The notes under the pieces were generated by a model. The model did no database searches and was not told the origin of the DNA. It was given only the letters and a program-made list of their open reading frames with translations. A program made the position numbers and the translations under genes. A stretch of DNA of 52,571 bases from the NCBI GenBank assembly GCA_945787615.1, contig CALZJI010000062.1, positions 1-52,571 of the forward strand. The letters are read 5' to 3'. Source of the stretch: an uncultured Chromatiaceae bacterium. GTDB taxonomy: Bacteria > Pseudomonadota > Gammaproteobacteria > JAADHS01. Shown one piece after another: positions 43,181-52,051 of the stretch. Position 1 is the stretch's first letter; every line of letters begins with the position of its first letter.

Positions 43181-45488
43181 TTGCACTACTCTAATTCGGT
43201 TAACGCCTTGTGCCTCGCGTTGTTTGCGTCGGCCCAAATTTCGGGTTGGGACGATCATACTATTATGTGCGTTGACGGTATCGTGGGTGGCACAAGGCGC
43301 TGATCAGCGTGCGATCGATGCAGCGTTTGCGGCTAACCCACTGCATTCGCGCGATGATACGTCGAATCCGGCGAGCGATCGTTTGCCGATGCTCGCTCAG
43401 TTGTCGGTGACGGGAACGGGGGCTTTGGGGGAGATGCGCCGCGAAGTTGTGGCGGAGTACGCAACTGAAATTTTGGCTCAGAAGCATGCACAACGTCTGC
43501 GTGGCTCGTGGAGAGATGTTGTTAAGGTCGAGCCGGACGTAAAAAACATGACACGCCTGTATATTGGCCCCTTTGCCAGTCGGGAAGACGCTAATGACGT
43601 AGGGGCTCAGCTACGAGTTTACGGATTACTTTACAAAGTCGCTCCAGGCGATAAGCAAGGTGGTTATACCGTTCGGCTAGGGGCCTATAGAGATGCGTCG
43701 GTAGCAACTCGTTTCCAGCAAGAAGTCAATGAGTTGGAAATCGGTGAGGCGAAAAAAGATCTGGTCGCGGTCACCGTTTACCAGGTGGCGCGTTATACCG
43801 CCCCGGAGCCAGCTCCAGCGGTTACCGAACAAAGCGAAATACCCGTGAGCGGTACGAGTGATCGCGTTTCCGAGGCAGGTGGAATTGTCCCCGGAACGGG
43901 CGCTGCGGCGCAAGTCGTCCCAGGATTGGGGATTGAGGGACTTTTTGTGGAGCCAACCCCGTCGGAGTCTGAGCGACAGATGACCGAACCAAAACCAGCA
44001 CGGGTTGGCACGACAATAGACGTAGTGCAAGGGCTGGGGCTTGAGAGTCTTTTTGTTGATGAGGTTCCCCTTGATGACGACCTGGACGAAGGCGAGCCAG
44101 AAGCGGAAGAGAGATCGAAATTCTGGTCTGATTTGACATGGAGCGGATATTTGAAGAATGAAACGGCCTATCGCTTTCGCGAGCCCCGTTCGATAACGAA
44201 AATTCGCAACATTCTCTACCTTGATGCTCAGTACCCCTTAGTCTCCAATGTCGATCTATATGCGGCGGGTTGGGCGTATTACGATCTGGCTTATGATCTG
44301 TTTAATTACGATACCATTGCGGCTCGCTCCGAGCGAAATGTCGAGGAGCCGCTGGTTTTCGTTGAGCGTTTGGATGAAGAGAAGGACTCCCCGGTAGCCG
44401 AGATTCGGGAATTGTATGCCGACATCTTCTTGGAGGGGTTCGATATACGTATTGGGAAGCAATTCATCGTATGGGGCGTCCTCGAGGGCGTAAGAATCGT
44501 TGATGAGATCAATCCGGTAGATTTTCGCGAGCTCATATTGCCCGATCTACTGGACTATCGTATCCCCTTGTGGTCGCTCAAACTTGATTATTTCCGCGAC
44601 AACTCGACCTTTGAGCTGGTATGGATTCCTGACCTGCGTTTCCACGAACCGGCACCGCGTGGGTCCGAATGGGAGATGTTGCAAGACGTCTGTGCCGCTC
44701 AGTCACCGGACATACTGTGCATAGAGTCAACACCGGAGTCGTGGACGCTGGAAGATTCCGAGATCGGGGTCAAGGTAGATACCTACCTGTGGGATACTGA
44801 GTTGTCCTTTAGTTATTTGTACACTTGGGACGACTTCCCCGCTGTTTTTCGTGCTGTGCGTGTCGATACGACAGATGTTCCGCCGGCTTTCTTTCCCACT
44901 TATACGCGGATTCATATGTTTGGGACTACGGCGGTAAAGCAGTTGGGACGTTACATCGTGAAAGGCGAGTTAGCCTATGTGACCGACAAATACTTTGGTA
45001 CGAGGAACACAGTCGATCGTGACGGTAATGGTTTTCTCGATGACGACGGCGAGTTACAGCGAGACCATATCAGGTGGGGATTAGGTATTGAATTTAACTT
45101 ATGGGGCATGGATATCGCACCAGGAATCACCCAGTGGTACATCATCGATCACGATGATGCGATTATGCAAGACGAATACGACACCTCGGTTAACATCTTT
45201 ACGCGGAAAGAATTTCCGGAGCAAGCCGCCGTGTTTCAATTCTTAGGCATTTATCTTGTCAATCTCGAAGAGTTATTGTTAAAGCCGAAGGTTACGTTTC
45301 AGATAGACGACCGGTTGCAGTTAGGTGTCGGCCTCGACCTGTTTTACGGGCGTAAGTCTGATTTTGGCGCCAACGAGGCCTCGCAATCAGCGACCAGTAG
45401 TTTTAACCCTGCGGCGGCACGCGCACAGTTTCTCGGTAACTTTCACGACAATGATCGGATATTTTTTGATTTTAAATACTCGTTTTAA
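43140..45488 (+). CDS. Outer-membrane protein with two N-terminal SPOR-like repeats, an acidic/Pro linker and a DUF1302-like beta-barrel
   Basis: SPOR-like segments are TRLYIGPFASREDANDVGAQL and YTVRLGAYRDASVATRFQQEV. Barrel signatures are WSGYLKNETAYRF and IRIGKQFIVWGVLEGVRIVDEINPVDF. The C-terminus FDFKYSF ends in an aromatic residue. The start is uncertain: a GTG at 43140 with a GGAGG Shine-Dalgarno sequence, or a TTG at 43224 just before the signal-like RRPKFRVGTIILLCALTVSWVAQG. Confidence 0.6.
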   Translation: MCCVMAVKDLLNINCTTLIRLTPCASRCLRRPKFRVGTIILLCALTVSWVAQGADQRAIDAAFAANPLHSRDDTSNPASDRLPMLAQLSVTGTGALGEMRREVVAEYATEILAQKHAQRLRGSWRDVVKVEPDVKNMTRLYIGPFASREDANDVGAQLRVYGLLYKVAPGDKQGGYTVRLGAYRDASVATRFQQEVNELEIGEAKKDLVAVTVYQVARYTAPEPAPAVTEQSEIPVSGTSDRVSEAGGIVPGTGAAAQVVPGLGIEGLFVEPTPSESERQMTEPKPARVGTTIDVVQGLGLESLFVDEVPLDDDLDEGEPEAEERSKFWSDLTWSGYLKNETAYRFREPRSITKIRNILYLDAQYPLVSNVDLYAAGWAYYDLAYDLFNYDTIAARSERNVEEPLVFVERLDEEKDSPVAEIRELYADIFLEGFDIRIGKQFIVWGVLEGVRIVDEINPVDFRELILPDLLDYRIPLWSLKLDYFRDNSTFELVWIPDLRFHEPAPRGSEWEMLQDVCAAQSPDILCIESTPESWTLEDSEIGVKVDTYLWDTELSFSYLYTWDDFPAVFRAVRVDTTDVPPAFFPTYTRIHMFGTTAVKQLGRYIVKGELAYVTDKYFGTRNTVDRDGNGFLDDDGELQRDHIRWGLGIEFNLWGMDIAPGITQWYIIDHDDAIMQDEYDTSVNIFTRKEFPEQAAVFQFLGIYLVNLEELLLKPKVTFQIDDRLQLGVGLDLFYGRKSDFGANEASQSATSSFNPAAARAQFLGNFHDNDRIFFDFKYSF

Positions 45489-45583
45489 ACGAGCTACGGT
45501 TACCTTGCATAGCGTGCGGGACGCGCTTTTTAATCCTCCTGTGCGTTCGCTAAGCGTAAGCCGATTTTACGAGAGGGAACTTT

Positions 45584-48121
45584 ATGTTAGCTAAACTCTA
45601 TTCGCTCGTCTCGCGCGCACCGCTTGCAGTGGTGTTAGTCGTGTTGGGGGTAACCGTTTTCTTTGCTATGCAGCTCGGCAACCTTCGCTGGGAAACGGAC
45701 GCACGCGTATACATGCCGAAGGGTCATGAGGCCATTGTGTACGATGAGAAGGTCGAGGCGTTATTCGGTGCTAAGGATTCGCTCATTATCGGTATCGTTA
45801 ATGAGGATGAGGGGATCTTCAATAAAGAGACGTTGGCGCGTATCGCCCGCGTTACAGAGAAGGTTGCTGCCCTAGACGGCGTACTTGCCAACCGTCTAAT
45901 CGATGTGGCATCGCTGTCGACCGTCAGCTTGTTTGTCGGTTCAGAAACCGCTATTGGCGCGCAGCGACTTATGCCCGCGGTGCCGACCACGCCAGAGGAA
46001 ATCGAGGCGTTAAAACAAGCCGTTTTCGCCAATGCCGACCTGCTTGTTGGCAACATGGTCTCTGCCGACGGTAAAGCCGCGATGATCCGGGCTAAACTAA
46101 AGGAAGGCAACGATAGTCGTTATCAAACCTATTGGCAAATCAAGGGGATTATCGCTGCCGAAACCGGCGATACGTCGTGGGGCGGCGCGGACTGGCAAGG
46201 CGGCGGTGATTGGCAACAGAATCAGTTGTCACAAAAGAAACAGGACAATAGCAACGAAGGCGGCGCTGAGTGGGACGGGGGTCCAGACGCTGGTGCTGAA
46301 CAAACCGATAGGCCGCAGAGTCCGACATCCTGGGTGAACAAAGAAGCGGGTGAAAGTGAAAGCTATGACACGTTTTTCCTCGCTGGGCGCCCGGTCATCG
46401 AAGTCAGTTCCGGTTTAGAAGCATTGGCCGATCTGAAGTTGATGATTCCCTTATTGCTGGTCGTTATCGCTGTTACGCTGTTCGCCGTTTTTCGAACCCT
46501 ACGCGGCGTGGCGCTGCCTCTCTTTGTAATGGCCGCCAGTATTATTTGGACCATGGGTATGATGGCGGTTCTTAATGTCCCTCTTTACACCATCTCGACA
46601 ATGTTACCTGTCATCCTCGTCGCCGTCGGTGTGGGTGACGGTATTCATCTGTTAAGCAATTACTACGATAACGTATTGCGTGATCCCCATCGGGAAAGCC
46701 GAGACATCGTTTTAGAGGTGATGAATGACCTGGGTCCGCCCTTGATTACGACCTCGTTGACCACAGCGATGGGTTTTCTAGCGCTTTGGTTCGCGGAAAT
46801 GCCGCCTTTTAAGATCTTTGGCCTTTTTACCGTTCTAGGTATTCTCGTTTGTTGGTTTTTGTCGGTCACGTTTCTACCCGCCGTATTGTGTTTACTGAGG
46901 CCAAAAGTTGGGGGGTATCTGCAAAAACGGCAATCGATGCGGGTACGCGATGAGCAAAACCGCTTGGTGAAAGGCCTTGTGCTATGGGGTGACAGGGTTG
47001 TTGAGCGTAAGCGTGTATTTACCATCGGCGTCCTCATTTTAGTCGTGGTCGCAACGTTAGGTGCGAGTCGTTTATATGTTGACTCCAGTTGGATGAGTGA
47101 TTTTCGCGACGACAGCGATGTCGCCGTGGCTAACGATCTCATTAACGAAAAGTTTTCGGGAACCATAACCTTGAACGTCGTCGTGGACGGCAAGCAAGAC
47201 GGTGCCTTGAAATCCCCGGAGCTGCTGCAGGCGATTGAGGCGTTGCAGGAGCATGTCGAGTCATTGCCGTATGTCGGCGACACGCTCTCTGTTGTGGATT
47301 ATCTAAAGAGTATGAATAAAAACCTACATGCGGCTGCGGAGGAGTTTAACGTTCTCCCGGAAACGCACGCGCAGATTGCGGAGTACCTGTTTTTGTTCTC
47401 GATTTCAGGGCGGCCCGAAGAGCTGGACGAAGTTGCGGATTTTGGTTATCGACAGGCCAATGTCAGTGTCCAAATCAAGACGGACCGTACTATGCAACTG
47501 AAGACGGTTATCGACTCTATAAATGAGTTTGTAGAGACTCGTTTCGCGGGCTTGGATGTTGATGTGAATTTAGCGGGGTCAGGAAATAATTCTTACGTAT
47601 GGGCCGATCTATTAATCGATAGCCAAACCTCGGCCATCGTGATCTCAAAGCTCGGAATTTTGATACTGGCTACCTTGTTGTTTCGGTCCTTTATTACCGG
47701 TGTCTTCGTCGTGGTGCCTGTGACCTTAACGACGTTGTTGATGGGTGGGTTTTCTGGATTGTTCAGTATACCGCTTGATGTTTCCACAGTATTGGCCGCA
47801 GGTGTCGCTATCGGCGTAGGTGTTGACTACGCCGTTCATTACATCTTTCGTTACAAACGCGAGTTTAAGGCCACCGCCGATCATCTGCACGCTACCCGTG
47901 CCGCCATGCGCGGCGTCGGAAAAACGATTGTTTTTAACGCCGTTGTGGTAACCGCAGGTTTTTCGGTATTGTTCTTCTCGTTTTTTCCACCGCACGCCAA
48001 GCTCGGCAATTTCGTCGCAGCCTACATGGTCTTAAGTTGTGTAATCGCTCTTCTTATTCTTCCGATTCTCTTTTCGATCGGAAAGAGAAATCATAGTGCA
48101 TCAGTGGCTCAGCGTGTTTAA
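45584..48121 (+). CDS. RND-superfamily exporter of the MMPL/HAE3 (COG1033) type
   Basis: 845 aa. Two six-TM bundles each follow a large periplasmic loop. MMPL-like segments include LPVILVAVGVGDGIHLL and AAGVAIGVGVDYAVHYI. Confidence 0.85.
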   Translation: MLAKLYSLVSRAPLAVVLVVLGVTVFFAMQLGNLRWETDARVYMPKGHEAIVYDEKVEALFGAKDSLIIGIVNEDEGIFNKETLARIARVTEKVAALDGVLANRLIDVASLSTVSLFVGSETAIGAQRLMPAVPTTPEEIEALKQAVFANADLLVGNMVSADGKAAMIRAKLKEGNDSRYQTYWQIKGIIAAETGDTSWGGADWQGGGDWQQNQLSQKKQDNSNEGGAEWDGGPDAGAEQTDRPQSPTSWVNKEAGESESYDTFFLAGRPVIEVSSGLEALADLKLMIPLLLVVIAVTLFAVFRTLRGVALPLFVMAASIIWTMGMMAVLNVPLYTISTMLPVILVAVGVGDGIHLLSNYYDNVLRDPHRESRDIVLEVMNDLGPPLITTSLTTAMGFLALWFAEMPPFKIFGLFTVLGILVCWFLSVTFLPAVLCLLRPKVGGYLQKRQSMRVRDEQNRLVKGLVLWGDRVVERKRVFTIGVLILVVVATLGASRLYVDSSWMSDFRDDSDVAVANDLINEKFSGTITLNVVVDGKQDGALKSPELLQAIEALQEHVESLPYVGDTLSVVDYLKSMNKNLHAAAEEFNVLPETHAQIAEYLFLFSISGRPEELDEVADFGYRQANVSVQIKTDRTMQLKTVIDSINEFVETRFAGLDVDVNLAGSGNNSYVWADLLIDSQTSAIVISKLGILILATLLFRSFITGVFVVVPVTLTTLLMGGFSGLFSIPLDVSTVLAAGVAIGVGVDYAVHYIFRYKREFKATADHLHATRAAMRGVGKTIVFNAVVVTAGFSVLFFSFFPPHAKLGNFVAAYMVLSCVIALLILPILFSIGKRNHSASVAQRV

Positions 48122-49070
48122 TAAAATTTTTGCAGTCGTTCTGGTTCTAACTTGCGCGATCCTCGGTGCTGGGGTCGCGCCGGTGATGGCGCAATCCGAT
48201 TCATTCAAGTGGAGTCTTTCGCCCATTATTGGTGTGCATAGCCCTGTACTCGAGCAATTAAACGAGGAAGCGTTTAAGGCGCCCCTTGTCGGTTTTGGAA
48301 CCATTCGTGGTGAGCCGGATTCGCCAACGGCCGGTGAAAGCTTCGAGATTCCTTTTGGTTTTGATAACGATCTCGATGATATTGGGCTTAATGCTAATGT
48401 CGGTCTTGAGTTTCAATGGGTGCAGAGCACAAAGCACATATTCTTAATGGGGTTGAGTACCTGGGAGGGCTTTACTCAAAACACCGTTCCTGCGCAAGTA
48501 CCCCTACAGGGCGAGTTACGTGACACCGACTATGACAGGCGTGGCAAAATGTCCTATAACGAATTCTATCTCGGCTGGAAATATAATTTCTTTTCTCGCC
48601 CTAATCGATATCGTTTCTACACGCGCGCCACGCTTAATGAATTATTTGATATTGATTTTAGAGAAGAGCATGTTTTCTCTATAAACGGCGGAGACCTCGA
48701 TGGCGTAAAGCGCATTATCGTCGTAAAAGGACAAACGACCGGTACGCTTATGATGCAGCTTGGGTTTGGCGGTGAGTATTTTTTGAAAAAGAATATATCG
48801 GTGGGATTAGAGGCGGGTTACTTGTTTTCTTATCGACCGTTTCAATTGGTTAATACCAGTTCTGATGACGATCTGCAATTAGGTGATGACGTCACGTTCC
48901 ATTTACCCATTCAGCCAGCCTCACGCGATTCGCCGCTAGGGAACATACCCGCCGATACGGATCCCTCTCAGGATTGGACGGACCCGTTGGTACCTTTCCC
49001 GACGCCCCGTGACATGGACTTACGTTTTGATGGTTGGAAAGCCGCGTTTCGTATTACGGTTTATTACTAG
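48096..49070 (+). CDS. Hypothetical secreted protein, probably an outer-membrane beta-barrel
   Basis: It has a signal peptide (FAVVLVLTCAILGAGVAPVMA-QS) and alternating aromatic/polar strands. The C-terminus FRITVYY ends in an aromatic residue. GTG starts at 48096 or 48114 overlap the RND stop. Confidence 0.45.
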   Translation: MHQWLSVFNKIFAVVLVLTCAILGAGVAPVMAQSDSFKWSLSPIIGVHSPVLEQLNEEAFKAPLVGFGTIRGEPDSPTAGESFEIPFGFDNDLDDIGLNANVGLEFQWVQSTKHIFLMGLSTWEGFTQNTVPAQVPLQGELRDTDYDRRGKMSYNEFYLGWKYNFFSRPNRYRFYTRATLNELFDIDFREEHVFSINGGDLDGVKRIIVVKGQTTGTLMMQLGFGGEYFLKKNISVGLEAGYLFSYRPFQLVNTSSDDDLQLGDDVTFHLPIQPASRDSPLGNIPADTDPSQDWTDPLVPFPTPRDMDLRFDGWKAAFRITVYY

Positions 49071-49204
49071 TGCTACGACAATGCAATAGGCGACCTTTTT
49101 TACTGTCTGGAACGACGATAACTACGGCAACGGAAGTGATAAAGAATTTCTTAGACTTTTTTAGTAACAGCGATAGAGCCCGTCGTGCCCGCGGCCCGTG
49201 TCAC

Positions 49205-51952
49205 ATGTTACCCTCAAAACAGAGATTGCTTTTTTCGGCGTTGGCCTTGTTGCTGTCAGCGCTAGTGATCGCCAATAGCGTCTACGCGCAAATGGCGACG
49301 CAGTCACCGCCCACATCCATGGGCCAAGTAAATCAATTAATGGATAAAGGACGGACTGCACTGGATGAGGGGCGATTGCCGGACGCTTTACGTATTTTTC
49401 GACAAGTGCTGCTTATTAAGCCCGATGAGGTTGAGGCCCATTACCGTATCGGATTGGTTTTTTGGCGGCAACGCCAGATTCAAGAAGCATTTGTATTCTT
49501 TAATAAAGCAATCGAGATAGCACCGGAAAATGCATCGCTGCACCTTTCCTTGGCGGGCTTCTACGAACAGGCCTCTCTCTTTGACAAAGCCGTTGAAGAA
49601 TATCGTAAAGTCATTGTCCTGGCGGAAGGCACCGAAATGGCGCGTTCGTCGGAAAAGCGGCTTAACTTGACTCTGGTCAAGCAATACGTGGCTGCGGCTG
49701 ATGTCGATACGGCGTTACAGATTCTCAATTCCTTGCTGGAAGAGTATCCCGACGATCCCCGCGTACTTCAGCACTTGGGGTTTGCCTATTCGCTTGCCAA
49801 GCGGTATGAGGCGGCGGCCGCTATCTATGAAAGCGTATTGGAGAAGGAGCCTGAGAATGATTCAGCTCACATGAATCTGGCTAACGTATATATGAAAATG
49901 GGCGACGTGCCCAATGCGATAACGCATTTCGAGAAGGCCGCGGAACTGTCGCCGCAGCCGTCGCGGCGTACCGAGGCTAAGATCAGGTTGGGGCTTCTTG
50001 GGTCGACGCAGGCGCAGAGAAAGGGTGACAATAAGCTCGCGATTCGTGAACTCGAAAAAGTCTTGGAAATCGATCCGAACCAAGTGACGGCGAGCAACCG
50101 CCTTGCGGCGATACACCGCGAGGAGGGTCAATTGGATGAAGCGGAAGACGTATTACTCGCCGCCATACGATCTACTCCAGAAAATCTTGATGTCCGTCTT
50201 AATCTCGCTTCACTGTACTTAGAGAGCAGAAACGTCGTTGATGCCGTCTGGCAGTTGGATCTTATAATGAGTCAGGGAGCGGATACACCTCAAGCGCAAC
50301 AAGCGCGAGGGATGATGAACCAGCTGAGCGGCACAATGGGAAACCAACTAACGGCGGTAAGGGCCACCGCGAAGCAAAAGAATGAATTAAAACAAACGTT
50401 ATTTATGGACTCGAATAACGCGATGGCTCACTTTAATTTGGGCGGAATCTACATGCGGCAACGTAAGTATGATGAAGCCCAGGTGGCCTTTGAAAATGTG
50501 CGCCGTATCAATCCAAGAATCGCATTGACCTATGTCAATTTAGGTGAAATCTACGCGCAGAAAGGCGAGTTCGCGGCGGCCGCCGATGCATTTGCGACGT
50601 ATATGTCGTTGGAGACGAACTTATCCAAAGTTGAGCGGTTACAGCCTGCGTACGCGAGCGTATTAGGCCAGCAGTTTTACAAGGAAGGGAACTACGATGC
50701 GGCACTGAATTATTTCTCGAGAGTCTTGGAGTTGAATCCGAAGGATAACCTTGCCCGCTTCTATACGGCAGTTATCTATTCACGCCGACTGCAGCTGGAG
50801 GACGCGGTGGAAGCGTACGAATTGCTGTTGGAGACTGCCCCAAGTCATATGGGCGCTAGATCCAATCTCGCCCGCATTTACGAACAATTGGGACAGGAAG
50901 AGGATGCGTTATCGCAATACCGGCGCGTTGCCATGAATGTTGAGGAAGGTGCGGCAAAAGAAACAGCCGACAACAGGATTAAATATCTACAAAGAAGTAT
51001 TAACGGCCTAACGTCCAGTGCCGGTTATTCGCTGACCTTCGACACCAATAACAACCTGAGTGAGCACGATCCGGAAGAGGAGTATTGGTCGAGCCTCAAT
51101 GCTAATTTTACCTACCGGTATAAATACCGCGATGACGTTCGATTAGGTGCGACTTATAGCCCTACCTACTCAACTTATCACATTGGCCAATATGACTACA
51201 TCAATCATAACCTGAGCCCATTTATTGGTTACGGTGATCGGCGTAGTACCTATACCGCGCGGTATACGTATAACAAACTCTCAGGTTTGCTTAATGAGGA
51301 AAGCGTGAGCGAGACTAACACGTTTTCTCTAGACTGGAACAAGGAACTGAACCCGGAAAGAAAATTGCTGCTCAATCTTTCATATCGGAAATTTGAATCG
51401 GCGAGCAGTAGCTTTTTTAACGCCAATACGGCGGCGCTGAGCCTCACGTATTCACGTAATCTTGGCCGCCGTTTGACAGACAGTACGGGGTATACTTTTT
51501 CAAATAACGACAATGAGAATCCGGATAACGCGGATGCTGCGTTCATGAGCCACACGCTGAATTACCAAATTAACAAATGGTTTTCTCCCAAATTCTCCCT
51601 GGGCATAACCGGTTCTGCAAGCCTTACGGACTACCTTAATCCCGACCGATTTGCGGTGCCCGAAGAGAAGCGAAGTAATACTTTTTTCTCATTGAGAGCT
51701 TCGTTTAACTATCGCGTGAATGACCATTTTCGGTTGTTTGGTAATGCCGGATATCAGCAGAATGATTCAAATCTGCCGGTATTTGTTCAAGTTACGGATG
51801 ACCAAGGACGTCCGATCGTCGATCCTGAAACCGGTCTACCGGTATTTAGACCGGTAACGGGAGAGGACCTGATCGGCGTGCCAATACAAAGTGCGTCATT
51901 GGGTTCCTATCAAAAGGTAATCGCTACGTTTGGCCTAGCTGTCAGTTTTTGA
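49205..51952 (+). CDS. 915-aa TPR-repeat protein with a ~320-aa C-terminal beta-barrel-like domain
   Basis: It has a signal peptide (LLFSALALLLSALVIANSVYA-Q). TPR-like repeats continue for about 560 aa and are followed by a Tyr/Asn/Ser-rich region with alternating strands. The C-terminus is FGLAVSF. The ATG at 49205 is preferred over the track start at 49034. Confidence 0.7.
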   Translation: MLPSKQRLLFSALALLLSALVIANSVYAQMATQSPPTSMGQVNQLMDKGRTALDEGRLPDALRIFRQVLLIKPDEVEAHYRIGLVFWRQRQIQEAFVFFNKAIEIAPENASLHLSLAGFYEQASLFDKAVEEYRKVIVLAEGTEMARSSEKRLNLTLVKQYVAAADVDTALQILNSLLEEYPDDPRVLQHLGFAYSLAKRYEAAAAIYESVLEKEPENDSAHMNLANVYMKMGDVPNAITHFEKAAELSPQPSRRTEAKIRLGLLGSTQAQRKGDNKLAIRELEKVLEIDPNQVTASNRLAAIHREEGQLDEAEDVLLAAIRSTPENLDVRLNLASLYLESRNVVDAVWQLDLIMSQGADTPQAQQARGMMNQLSGTMGNQLTAVRATAKQKNELKQTLFMDSNNAMAHFNLGGIYMRQRKYDEAQVAFENVRRINPRIALTYVNLGEIYAQKGEFAAAADAFATYMSLETNLSKVERLQPAYASVLGQQFYKEGNYDAALNYFSRVLELNPKDNLARFYTAVIYSRRLQLEDAVEAYELLLETAPSHMGARSNLARIYEQLGQEEDALSQYRRVAMNVEEGAAKETADNRIKYLQRSINGLTSSAGYSLTFDTNNNLSEHDPEEEYWSSLNANFTYRYKYRDDVRLGATYSPTYSTYHIGQYDYINHNLSPFIGYGDRRSTYTARYTYNKLSGLLNEESVSETNTFSLDWNKELNPERKLLLNLSYRKFESASSSFFNANTAALSLTYSRNLGRRLTDSTGYTFSNNDNENPDNADAAFMSHTLNYQINKWFSPKFSLGITGSASLTDYLNPDRFAVPEEKRSNTFFSLRASFNYRVNDHFRLFGNAGYQQNDSNLPVFVQVTDDQGRPIVDPETGLPVFRPVTGEDLIGVPIQSASLGSYQKVIATFGLAVSF

Positions 51953-51980
51953 TGGTTTTCTAGCCGTTTAACTAAAATTA

Positions 51981-52017
51981 GGGCCGCGGATAATAATAAT
52001 TATCCAACCTCGCTTGG
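51981..52017 (+). mobile_element. Solo terminal fragment of the MITE-like element (copy E)
   Basis: GGGCCGCGGATAATAATAATTATCCAACCTCGCTTGG matches the left end of copies B and C. It is preceded by TTA, and no matching right end is present. Confidence 0.7.
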
Positions 52018-52051
52018 TAAAGTACGCCTCGTTTCGCGTGAGTTGCAGAAC

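Noticed and set aside
46663-47283. 206-aa ORF on the - strand
   Set aside because: It lies entirely antisense within the RND exporter gene. Its composition is Ser/Thr/Arg-rich and low-complexity.
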